Positions 1 to 7,103 of a stretch of 32,000 bases of DNA are shown here, piece by piece; position 1 is the first letter of the stretch, and each line of letters starts with the position of its first letter. Source of the DNA: Acaryochloris marina MBIC11017 (GTDB lineage Bacteria; Cyanobacteriota; Cyanobacteriia; Thermosynechococcales; Thermosynechococcaceae). The notes below the pieces were generated by a model. The model was not told the origin of the DNA. It worked only from the letters and a program-made list of their open reading frames with translations, and did no database searches. The stretch covers positions 1,110,001 to 1,142,000 of the forward strand of contig NC_009925.1 of assembly GCF_000018105.1 (NCBI RefSeq). The letters run 5' to 3'. A program made the translations under genes and the position numbers.

Positions 1-864
1 AATGCCACCTTGGATCCCACCAGACCGATTGGTTACAGTTCGAATACGACCTGTCTCATCGGTATAAAACTCATCATTATGTTCTAGCCCCGTCAGCTGA
101 GTACCCGCAAACCCAGAGCCAATCTCAAACCCTTTACAGGCAGGCAAAGACATCACTGCTTTGGCTAGTTCGGCCTCCAGCTTGTCAAAGACAGGAGCGC
201 CTAATCCTTTCGGCACCTGACGAGCCACACATTCCACCACTCCTCCGATCGAATTAGCATCTCGTCGGGTTTGATCGATCAAATCAATCATTTCCTCTGC
301 AGTTTCAGGATTGGGACAGCGCACCATATTGGCTTCTACCTGAGCTAAGGTCACTTGATCTGGATCAATATCCGCTTCCACGGTTTTAATCCGTTTGACA
401 TAGCCGATCACCTCCACCCCAGCCGCTTGCTGAAGAATCTTTTTCGCAATCGCCCCTGCCGCGACTCGACCAATGGTTTCCCGAGCAGATGAGCGGCCAC
501 CTCCTTGCCAATTCCGAATGCCATATTTCGCGTCATAGGTGGCATCCGCATGGGACGGACGATAGACCTGGGCCATCTCACTGTAGTCTTGGGGGCGAGT
601 ATCTTTATTCCGCACCAAAATGGTGATCGGTGTCCCTAATGTTTTTCCCTGAAACATGCCCGAAACGATTTCGCAGGTATCTGTTTCTTTACGGGGCGTG
701 GTAATTCGACTTTGCCCCGGTCGTCGACGATCTAACTCAAACTGAATGTCTTCTGCCGCAATTTCAATTTGAGGTGGGCAGCCATCAATAACAACCCCAA
801 CACCACCACCATGAGATTCACCAAAGGTTGTAATCCGAAATAAATGTCCAAAGGTATTTCCCAT
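1..864 (-). CDS. aroC: chorismate synthase (partial, C-terminus outside the window)
   Basis: Reverse translation from the ATG at 864-862 reads [35 protein letters not shown]...[17 protein letters not shown]...[40 protein letters not shown]..., the classic chorismate synthase N-terminus. It is open for 288 codons to the window edge. It is absent from the ORF track only because it is truncated. Confidence 0.95.
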   Translation of the reverse strand, partial: MGNTFGHLFRITTFGESHGGGVGVVIDGCPPQIEIAAEDIQFELDRRRPGQSRITTPRKETDTCEIVSGMFQGKTLGTPITILVRNKDTRPQDYSEMAQVYRPSHADATYDAKYGIRNWQGGGRSSARETIGRVAAGAIAKKILQQAAGVEVIGYVKRIKTVEADIDPDQVTLAQVEANMVRCPNPETAEEMIDLIDQTRRDANSIGGVVECVARQVPKGLGAPVFDKLEAELAKAVMSLPACKGFEIGSGFAGTQLTGLEHNDEFYTDETGRIRTVTNRSGGIQGGI

Positions 865-943
865 GCTCTTGATCTGACCGTGCTAAACATATACCGGGCA
901 AGCTGCCTGTCTTCACTATCTCATTCGACCTTGTTAAATAGCC

Positions 944-972
944 AAAAAAAGAGAGGGAAATATTTCCCTCTC
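944..972 (-). terminator. intrinsic terminator downstream of the 52-aa ORF
   Basis: Perfect palindrome GAGAGGGAAATATTTCCCTCTC at 951-972. On the minus strand it is followed by a T7 run (A-run 944-950 on plus). Confidence 0.6.
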
Positions 973-1004
973 CTCAAGAGCGTTGGTTATGGCTGGAATA
1001 AAAA

Positions 1005-1163
1005 TTAGTTATGTTGAGCAGTCTGTGTGCGTAGTTGTTCCATTTGGGCAATGGCTGTATCGACCTGTTGGGGGGTGTAACTGGTCAATTCTGTGAGCCA
1101 ATGCTTGATCAACTCTTGCGAAAGATCGTTTGGATTTGTCAACATTTCAGTAGTACTAGACAT
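1005..1163 (-). CDS. small hypothetical protein (52 aa)
   Basis: ATG at 1163-1161 is preceded by purine-rich GAGAGAAG. It translates to MSSTTEMLTNPNDLSQELIKHWLTELTSYTPQQVDTAIAQMEQLRTQTAQHN, stops at 1007-1005, and is followed by a strong hairpin terminator. It is below the ORF-track length cut-off. No family was recognised. Confidence 0.4.
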   Translation of the reverse strand: MSSTTEMLTNPNDLSQELIKHWLTELTSYTPQQVDTAIAQMEQLRTQTAQHN

Positions 1164-1295
1164 AGACTTCTCTCAACTTTTGATCCAACTAGTTTGGAAA
1201 TAACCGTCTCTTGAATCCAAATACTAATCCCAATGCACAATAATATAGCCAAGGCAATGTAAGAATAAACAGACAGAAAAGGTCAGAGATCTTCG

Positions 1296-1328
1296 AAAAA
1301 AAGTCAGCGATGCCACCTGACTTTTTCT
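1296..1328 (-). terminator. intrinsic terminator after hrcA (A/T-flanked hairpin, could act in both directions)
   Basis: AAAAAAAGTCAG-cgatgccac-CTGACTTTTT: GTCAG/CTGAC core at 1303-1307 and 1317-1321, extended by A/T pairs. On the minus strand a T7 tail follows, about 40 nt after the hrcA stop. Confidence 0.55.
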
Positions 1329-1365
1329 CAGAAGGTCATATTTATTCTAAAAAATAAAATAACCT

Positions 1366-2469
1366 TTAAGCGACCTGGGTGAGACAGGTAGATAGATAAT
1401 CGGCGGTCACTGTTACCAGAGCGATGACTTTCTCATAAGCCATACGAGTGGGCCCAAGTACGCCAACACTTCCCATTGGCAATTCGCCTTTTTGATAGGT
1501 TGAAGAGACCAGGGAATAGGCCTGAATAGACTCAAGGCTATTTTCTGAGCCGATGCGAACGTTGACTTTTGTACTCCGAGGCACCACATCAGCCCCCTGT
1601 TTAATCTCATCAGCCATCAACTCATTAAAAAGAGGTCGAAGCAGATCTTGGCCATCTTCTAATAAGTGAATTAAGGTCTGAGCCTGCTGTAATTCAGAGA
1701 ATTCAGGCTGTCGCAAAACCTCAGCTAAACCACCCACTAAGATATTTTTAGGACTGAGGGATTTACACTGTTGTGTCAGATCCGTCAGCAATATTTTTAA
1801 GAAATCAGTGTATTTTTGAAATTCCCGATCCAGTTCACATGGATCCAGCGCAACTAAGTCTTGCAATGAGCTCCCCACAAAATGGTGGTTCAAAAAATTA
1901 GAGAGAATCTGCAGTTCCTGTTCAATTCGATCTGGATCCACTTCATCCCAGGCCGAGTGGGGTAATTCCATCATCACGGACTGAGTCTCGTAGGCATCGG
2001 TCACTAGAATCAACATGACCCGATGGGGCTCAACCTGGACGAGATGGAGATGGCGGATAGTGGAGGTCGCGGCTTGAGGCAGGGTGATCAAAGCCACACA
2101 GCCACTCAAGGTCGCGAGAATTTGAGCAGCATCGCGAAGCAGCACTTCAAAAATCCAGCTGTCAGTCCGTAGCTTTTGATCAAGGGCTTGTTTAATCTGG
2201 GACATCAATGTGGTTGAGGGCATCACCAGTTCATCCACATAATGCCGATAGCCAAAGTCTGAAGGGACACGACCCGCTGAAGTATGGGGTTGAAAGAGCA
2301 AGCCTTCTTCCTCTAATCTCCCCATCACATTGCGGATGGTCGCTGGACTAATACTCAAAGCATATTCCCGTGCTAAAGCTTTAGACCCGACCGGTTCAGC
2401 CGTAGCAATGTAGTGATCCACGGTTGCCCGCAAAACTTGTTGTTGACGGTTAGTAAGGCTAAGGTCCAT
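1366..2469 (-). CDS. hrcA: heat-inducible transcription repressor HrcA
   Basis: 367-aa ORF. N-terminus LTNRQQQVLRATVDHYIATAEPVGSKALAREY..ISPATIRNVMGRLEEEGLL.QPHTSAGRVPSDFGYRHYVD is the conserved HrcA winged-helix region. Confidence 0.95.
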   Translation of the reverse strand: MDLSLTNRQQQVLRATVDHYIATAEPVGSKALAREYALSISPATIRNVMGRLEEEGLLFQPHTSAGRVPSDFGYRHYVDELVMPSTTLMSQIKQALDQKLRTDSWIFEVLLRDAAQILATLSGCVALITLPQAATSTIRHLHLVQVEPHRVMLILVTDAYETQSVMMELPHSAWDEVDPDRIEQELQILSNFLNHHFVGSSLQDLVALDPCELDREFQKYTDFLKILLTDLTQQCKSLSPKNILVGGLAEVLRQPEFSELQQAQTLIHLLEDGQDLLRPLFNELMADEIKQGADVVPRSTKVNVRIGSENSLESIQAYSLVSSTYQKGELPMGSVGVLGPTRMAYEKVIALVTVTADYLSTCLTQVA

Positions 2470-2498
2470 AGAACTTGGGTAAAAAGTGCGTTCAGACT

Positions 2499-2855
2499 TT
2501 AGTAGCGCGGGATGCTGGTGTCTACCTTCATTGAATAAGCATCAATGCCACCACTGACATTCTTGACGTTAGTAAACCCATTTTGACTTAACCATACACA
2601 AACCTGAGCTGATCTCATGCCATGATGGCACATTACCCAGGTTTCCTGATGCTGATCAAGCTGTTCGCCGATGGTGGTTGACCACTCCGCAAACTCGCTG
2701 AGGGGGATGTTTTGAAATGAATTCAGACTTGCGATCGCAACTTCCTGAGGTTCTCTAACATCTAGGAGCTGAATGCGAGTTACATCATCGTTCAGTTGAG
2801 CCGCTAGCGTCTCTACATCAATTTCGGGAATACTAGAAAAATCTTGTGAATACAT
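2499..2855 (-). CDS. single-domain rhodanese-like sulfurtransferase
   Basis: 118-aa ORF with active-site loop CHHGMRS and the typical ..GG..AW/Y tail. It ends 29 nt upstream of the hrcA start on the same strand, so co-transcription is likely. Confidence 0.85.
   Translation of the reverse strand: MYSQDFSSIPEIDVETLAAQLNDDVTRIQLLDVREPQEVAIASLNSFQNIPLSEFAEWSTTIGEQLDQHQETWVMCHHGMRSAQVCVWLSQNGFTNVKNVSGGIDAYSMKVDTSIPRY
2731..2738. repeat. HIP1 palindrome GCGATCGC
   Basis: Exact octamer read in the sequence. Confidence 0.9.
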
Positions 2856-2925
2856 CGTTCAAAAGGCAATAACTAAAAGAGTAGTGACTTGCTAAAAGGG
2901 GTTGTCACAATTTATTCATTTATGT

Positions 2926-2976
2926 ATGACCTATTCTGTCATACGCTTAGCAGAACGTGGAATCCATATTGTCTAA
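2926..2976 (+). pseudogene. possible hicA toxin stub (16 codons)
   Basis: ATG at 2926 gives MTYSVIRLAERGIHIV*. This resembles the first beta-strand/helix of HicA toxins (..kEvIklLEkdGWelV..). It sits where hicA normally lies, overlapping the hicB-like start. The RNA-binding and catalytic GSH part is missing. Confidence 0.3.
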
Positions 2977-3205
2977 CTATATTCGAGCCGTTATGTCCCG
3001 AGCGACATACACTGCTGCTGCCGACGGCTCAACCTATGGAGAAATACCTGGGTTCGAGAAGGTTTCTGCTCGGGCAGATACTCTAGAGCAATGCCGGCAT
3101 GACTTAGTAGAATCTCTAGAAGAATGGATTTTCTCGAGAGTAACCCGACAATTACCGGTTCCTATCATTGACGGTATTCAACTACCTACAAAAGAAATGA
3201 TGTAA
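2957..3205 (+). CDS. HicB-family (UPF0150-like) antitoxin
   Basis: 82-aa ORF (GTG start). The pattern NYIRAVMSRATYTAAADGSTYGEIPGFEKVSARADTLEQCRHDLVESLEEWI....LPVPIIDG matches the short HicB antitoxin family pattern (Y..A...A.YE...DG.fyGEIP.f.GV.A.a.TLEeCr..L.e.LEeWi). Confidence 0.7.
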   Translation: MESILSNYIRAVMSRATYTAAADGSTYGEIPGFEKVSARADTLEQCRHDLVESLEEWIFSRVTRQLPVPIIDGIQLPTKEMM

Positions 3206-3244
3206 TCTCTGTGGTCAAGATACTATAATGTAATTCCACAACCT

Positions 3245-3635
3245 GGGGCTGTAACGGTTTCGACGTTTTAGCAAACGTAGCCTCATGATTCAGGCCGAGA
3301 GTGAGTCATCTCTCGCAAATAAAAGACTCAAAACATCGTACATGCGAACAACATCGTATCTTTCGCTCGTCAGCGCACGGCTACTGCTGTTGCCTAAAAA
3401 AACCTAACTTGGTTTGAGCATCTGTAGATTGACTCCGTTAATTTCTATGGATAACCCCCAACGGATGCACCACTAGGGTTTCTCTGTTGTCTCTAATGGT
3501 AAAGACTTTCAACTGAGCATCCCATCGTCCGGGATAAGTGGCGATTCCCGCTTTGAGGATTAGAAAAGCTAAGCCTGTGAATGAATGGGGAGCTAATAGC
3601 TAGGGCGGACACGGGTTCGACTCCCGTCAGCTCCA
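3245..3635 (+). ncRNA. ssrA: tmRNA (one-piece)
   Basis: The 5' end GGGGCTGTAACGGTTTCGACG pairs with the 3' end GGACACGGGTTCGACTCCCGTCAGCTCCA (tRNA-like acceptor and T-arm). CCA is not encoded. Internal tag ORF 3344-3397: GCG AAC AAC ATC GTA ... GCC TAA = ANNIVSFARQRTATAVA*, a typical cyanobacterial proteolysis tag. Confidence 0.95.
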
Positions 3636-3660
3636 TTTAATTAAGTTTCACCAATATTCA

Positions 3661-3698
3661 GGGGACTCCAGCAAACAGCCTGGGGTCCTCTTTTTTAT
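3661..3698 (+). terminator. intrinsic terminator of ssrA
   Basis: 11-bp stem GGGGACTCCAG / CTGGGGTCCTC (including two G-U pairs), 8-nt loop, followed by TTTTTTAT. Confidence 0.7.
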
Positions 3699-3820
3699 GA
3701 GGTTTTTAGCGAAGAAAGGTTCAGTGAGATTTATGGGAATTTATGACCATCTAGGATCGCTTACGGGTAGACTTGCGGATATCGTACCCACAATGATCAG
3801 TGCCTACCCGTAAGTATAGA

Positions 3821-3982
3821 GCCTTAAACGATCTCCAGATCCATAGCGCCAAGCCAAAGGAATAGGACTACAAACTGCTTGACGGTGAGGGATTGAACCT
3901 GTTTGTAACAAAAAGTGGTTCAAAGCTGTGGAGAATCCGGTATCGGTTTGGGGGAAAGGAAAAGCTGCTCTCGGCTGGATGA
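3821..3982 (+). pseudogene. relic of a P4-type (DUF4102 N-terminal arm-binding) tyrosine integrase
   Basis: The frame reads ..ALNDLQIHSAKPKE*DYKLLDGEGLNLFVTKSGSKLWRIRYRFGGKEKLLSAG*. It matches the conserved integrase N-terminus (LTD..I..AKPk.K.YKL.DGgGLyL.V.p.GsK.WR.rYRF.GKeK.L.LG). There is an in-frame TAG at 3863-3865 and termination at 3980-3982. No catalytic domain follows. The position and orientation are the same as the integrase next to ssrA in ssrA-inserted islands. Confidence 0.7.
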
Positions 3983-4171
3983 AGTTTGATTCTTAAGTTC
4001 AGGTATATCAGTACTCCAATATGCCCTTTTACTCTTCGTTGGTGACGTACTCCAGACACTCAAGCAAAGACAACCCGAGTTTTAACCCTGATGCATTCAA
4101 GGGAGTACTAGAGAATCCTGCAGCCTATGCCCTGACTTAAATCAAGGCACTTCCAAATCAATCTTGGTACG

Positions 4172-4483
4172 ATGATATTAACTAGGGAAAAAGAAATGAC
4201 AACGACATCCCCAGACAGATTAGATCGCATTGAATCTCTTCTCAGTACTCTTGGAAAGGACATGCAAACAGTGAAAGCTGATATCTCCACGGTCAAAGGA
4301 GATATTTCTGAACTGAAAGAAGATATCAGTGAGCTGAATGAAAAAACCACCAAAACTAACGAGAAGGTGGAAACTTATCAGAAAGCTATTCAACAGGTTG
4401 TGAATCTTGCTTTTGGTCTTATTGTCACTGCTGCTCTTGCGATATATTGTCCCAGTGGTCACAAATCGCTAGTCTTTCACTAA
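4172..4483 (+). CDS. XhlA-like coiled-coil protein with C-terminal membrane anchor (start more likely ATG 4196)
   Basis: Sequence ..[56 protein letters not shown].. is followed by the hydrophobic [17 protein letters not shown]. This is the architecture of hemolysin XhlA-family prophage lysis-cassette proteins. SD-like GGGAAAAAG lies before ATG 4196. The two antisense ORFs in the track are shadows. Confidence 0.55.
   Translation: MILTREKEMTTTSPDRLDRIESLLSTLGKDMQTVKADISTVKGDISELKEDISELNEKTTKTNEKVETYQKAIQQVVNLAFGLIVTAALAIYCPSGHKSLVFH
4274..4336 (+). repeat. three tandem 21-nt (heptad) repeats inside the XhlA-like gene
   Basis: aaagctgatatctccacggtc / aaaggagatatttctgaactg / aaagaagatatcagtgagctg encode [21 protein letters not shown]. 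Confidence 0.8.
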
Positions 4484-4495
4484 TGAAATTTGCAC

Positions 4496-4523
4496 GCACC
4501 CCAACAGGAAAGGGGTGCTTGTT
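4496..4523 (+). terminator. hairpin terminator candidate after the XhlA-like gene
   Basis: GCACCCC-aacaggaaa-GGGGTGC followed by TTGTT. It overlaps the GTG at 4515, which argues that the next gene starts at ATG 4524 or 4566. Confidence 0.4.
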
Positions 4524-5315
4524 ATGAGAAATCACCGCAACTTCAGCGCATTTCAGGCGTTCAATATGAGACGGCGAGACATTTTGAGAGTTACGGGTGG
4601 AGTGACTATTGCGTCACTTTTAGGATGCAGAGATCAATCCTCTAATAGAGATCAATCCTCTAATTCTGTTGAGCCACCAGATGAATTGGCCCAGTCTTCT
4701 CCCGATTTTCCGGGTTGCATTGTGCGTCCACAACAAACAGAAGGCCCCTACTTTGTAGACGATAGGCTGAACCGATCCGATATTCGCTCAGATCCATCTA
4801 GCGGAATTGAAAAAGAAGGCGTGCTTCTCAGATTGACCTTCAAAATAAACCAAGTTAGCCCTGATGCTTGTTTACCCATAAAGGGCGCGATTGTGGATAT
4901 CTGGCACTGTGATGCTAAAGGAGTTTATTCCGATGCCTCAGATCCAAATTTCAGCACTTTAGGGCAAAAGTTCCTGCGTGGGTATCAGATAGCAGATGCA
5001 AATGGATCTGTAGAATTCACCACCATTTATCCTGGCTGGTATCCAGGTCGAACCACTCATATTCACTTTAAGATTCGGGGGGGTGAAAACTCTCAACAGA
5101 GCTATGAGTTCACTTCACAGCTTTACTTTGAAGACACTCTTACCGATCAAGTCTTTACCCACTTGCCATATCACACCAGAGAACAACGCACCACTAGAAA
5201 TGATCAAGATGGCATTTTTAGAGGCGGGGGCGATCAACTAATACTCAAGCTTACCCAAGATCAAACTAGTGGATCATATACCGGGATATTTAACATTGGG
5301 CTTGATATGACTTGA
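4515..5315 (+). CDS. intradiol ring-cleavage dioxygenase family protein, predicted Tat-exported lipoprotein
   Basis: Core motifs: TEGPYFVDD..NRSDIR.D..., GA.VDIWHCDA.GVYS, FLRGYQ..DANGSVEFTTIYPGWYPGRTTHIHFKI (dioxygenase_C fold). N-terminus has the twin-arginine MRRRDILRV followed by lipobox SLLGC. Alternative starts are ATG 4524 and ATG 4566. Confidence 0.85.
   Translation: MLVMRNHRNFSAFQAFNMRRRDILRVTGGVTIASLLGCRDQSSNRDQSSNSVEPPDELAQSSPDFPGCIVRPQQTEGPYFVDDRLNRSDIRSDPSSGIEKEGVLLRLTFKINQVSPDACLPIKGAIVDIWHCDAKGVYSDASDPNFSTLGQKFLRGYQIADANGSVEFTTIYPGWYPGRTTHIHFKIRGGENSQQSYEFTSQLYFEDTLTDQVFTHLPYHTREQRTTRNDQDGIFRGGGDQLILKLTQDQTSGSYTGIFNIGLDMT
4629..4664 (+). repeat. perfect 18-bp tandem duplication (RDQSSN x2) in the linker after the lipobox
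   Basis: agagatcaatcctctaat occurs twice in direct succession (4629-4646, 4647-4664), in frame. Confidence 0.95.
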
Positions 5316-5534
5316 AACTAATCTTCAGAAGGTTTATTGAGACCTAGCTAGAACAGCTAGGCAATATGAATTCTGTCGAGAAAATGAAAGATTAAACTTG
5401 CTAGCAAAATGTGATCACATTCTCCATGTCAACCTAAGTACTGAGCTTCAACATCCTTATCTAAGTAACATAACCCCCCTGGAGAATCTGAGATTTCATA
5501 GCTTAAAAATCAGTCAATGGCATTACCAAGGTAT

Positions 5535-5993
5535 TCAATAATCAGCGTCAGGATCAAACGGCGCTAAGTCTTCGATCTCATCCCACAGTTTCACGTATCC
5601 CTGCATGTGTTTGTCACCCTCTTGGGCGGCCGCATGAGGGCCATATGACAACACTGCTTTAACTTTGTCCACTATCCTTACAACCAGTTTCGTCTGTTCC
5701 AGACCTGTCCATCCGCAGGAATACTCATCACCAAATTCAAAGAAGCCAATGGCATTAAGTGTTTTACAGATTGAAGCAAGTTGAGAACTAGATAATTGAC
5801 GCTTAAGCGTTATGATTTCACCGTTGTATTTGGGTGGCTGTTTTTGGCGAACCTGTTGTGTGATTAGACCTTCATTGCTAATCGTCAGCCACCATGTTGA
5901 CAGATTCGATGTAAACGCTGGCACTAGCAGAGCAGCACCAATAAACTCGTTTGCACCTAGTTCTAAAACTGGTATTGAATGGGAATTTGACAC
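5535..5993 (-). CDS. hypothetical protein (152 aa, soluble, acidic C-terminus)
   Basis: Clean ORF with no recognisable motifs. It is last in a same-strand trio with the M48 and membrane-protein genes, with a 68-nt gap to the upstream gene. Confidence 0.6.
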   Translation of the reverse strand: MSNSHSIPVLELGANEFIGAALLVPAFTSNLSTWWLTISNEGLITQQVRQKQPPKYNGEIITLKRQLSSSQLASICKTLNAIGFFEFGDEYSCGWTGLEQTKLVVRIVDKVKAVLSYGPHAAAQEGDKHMQGYVKLWDEIEDLAPFDPDADY

Positions 5994-6061
5994 CTGAATA
6001 TCTAAAAGATTGTTCCTAAGTAAACCTGCTGGGTAAAAAAGCTAAATCTACATTTTATTAA

Positions 6062-6943
6062 TCAATTAACGTTTGGTAAGCCTCGTTTCTTGGAAACATG
6101 GAAACTTAAAAAATAAAATAAAGAGAATCTAATTATACAGACTATGAAATAAAAGAATATATTTGATGCTCCATTAGCCTTAAATACTGCTGAAAAAACA
6201 AAGTTACTCTTCAACGGAGCCAAGAAAGAATTATGGAGAAAAAGATTTGAAATATTCATTCCAATAGCTAATTCGATCCTATTATCTTTGATTATTATCA
6301 AAGTAAAAAATAGAGCAAAAATAAAATTAGTGATCCAATACTCAGGGTACTCCAAGTCAATTGAAAGTGTCGTAATTACAGTACTTAAAATGATTGCGGT
6401 AAGACCACGATTTCGAATAAAACTGTATATTCCTTGAAGTAGATAACTATACAGAAAAAGAATTTTTACAAACGAGCCAAGTATAGACGATATAAGATAA
6501 ATAAAAGCTAATGGAATCCATTCAGAGATATTAAATACTAGTTGATAACGGGTAGGATTAATTATATATAATAAAATCCAAGTTGCAAAGTATGTACTGA
6601 GCCATAGCACTGAACCTCTAACTATTCGAAGCCAGTCAATAGTTCCTCTTGGACTAAATAAAGTCTTGAATTTTCTCTTGTGAATTTTTTCTATCGCGAT
6701 GTAAATACCAGTAACTAAACTAAACGAATATAAAGTAAAAATAAATAGAAGAAGGATAGGATCTTTTTCTGATAGCAAAAATAATTCTTTAATTGGCATA
6801 TCAAAAAAATAATAGATGATATATCCATAAGCTAGGAGACTCAATAGAACTATCCCAAAAATCGTTATTATGCCAAGCAAATAACGCAACCATCCATTCT
6901 TACCTTGCTGAGTAATGTTCAAAAAACTATTTTGGCTTGACAT
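6062..6943 (-). CDS. polytopic membrane protein, CPBP/Abi-like layout with degenerate catalytic motifs (tentative)
   Basis: 293 aa with about 8 hydrophobic segments, extremely AT-rich. The segment GSFVKILFLYSYLLQGI lies where CPBP proteases carry EExxFRGyLl. ELAIGMNISNLFLHNSF lies where the HxxxN motif sits. The Glu-Glu, Arg and FxxxH His residues are not conserved. Confidence 0.65.
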   Translation of the reverse strand: MSSQNSFLNITQQGKNGWLRYLLGIITIFGIVLLSLLAYGYIIYYFFDMPIKELFLLSEKDPILLLFIFTLYSFSLVTGIYIAIEKIHKRKFKTLFSPRGTIDWLRIVRGSVLWLSTYFATWILLYIINPTRYQLVFNISEWIPLAFIYLISSILGSFVKILFLYSYLLQGIYSFIRNRGLTAIILSTVITTLSIDLEYPEYWITNFIFALFFTLIIIKDNRIELAIGMNISNLFLHNSFLAPLKSNFVFSAVFKANGASNIFFYFIVCIIRFSLFYFLSFHVSKKRGLPNVN

Positions 6944-7103
6944 ATCTAATTCACTTAATTAAGTCTTCCATAAGAAATAAATATCTCTGAATTCTAGTTT
7001 AATGCTAGATTTACCGGGGTTCTATCTCCACAAGTTAACACCCACCTCTAGATGGTCAATCCCCGTAAATGGCGACCGGAGACTCACCTTTGAACGGCAT
7101 CAT

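Noticed and set aside
1413-1610. Antisense or out-of-frame track ORFs nested in strong genes (1413-1610, 4108-4353, 4220-4462, 5812-5997, 7843-8103, 8422-8670, 12691-12957, 13851-14105, 18015-18224, 18754-18942, 20038-20286, 21068-21322, 23394-23699, 24540-24734, 24945-25145, 25241-25441, 26242-26490, 26274-26468, 29453-29710, 29581-29778, 30331-30543, 31191-31376)
   Set aside because: Each lies inside or opposite a longer ORF with clear family motifs. Their translations are low-complexity or Arg/Ser/Leu-rich shadow-frame products with no recognisable motifs.
2856-2956. CIRCE operator (TTAGCACTC-N9-GAGTGCTAA) near hrcA
   Set aside because: Only a loose GAGTAGTGACTTGCTAA string is present, with no inverted-repeat partner. 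CIRCE is expected at groES/groEL or dnaK promoters, which are not in this window.
2889-3086. 65-aa track ORF overlapping the hicB-like gene
   Set aside because: It is out of frame with the well-matching HicB-family ORF and has no HicA-like motifs (no GSH/RQ.GSH).
3868-4059. 63-aa minus-strand ORF
   Set aside because: It is antisense to the integrase relic, whose plus-strand frame carries the recognisable conserved motif.
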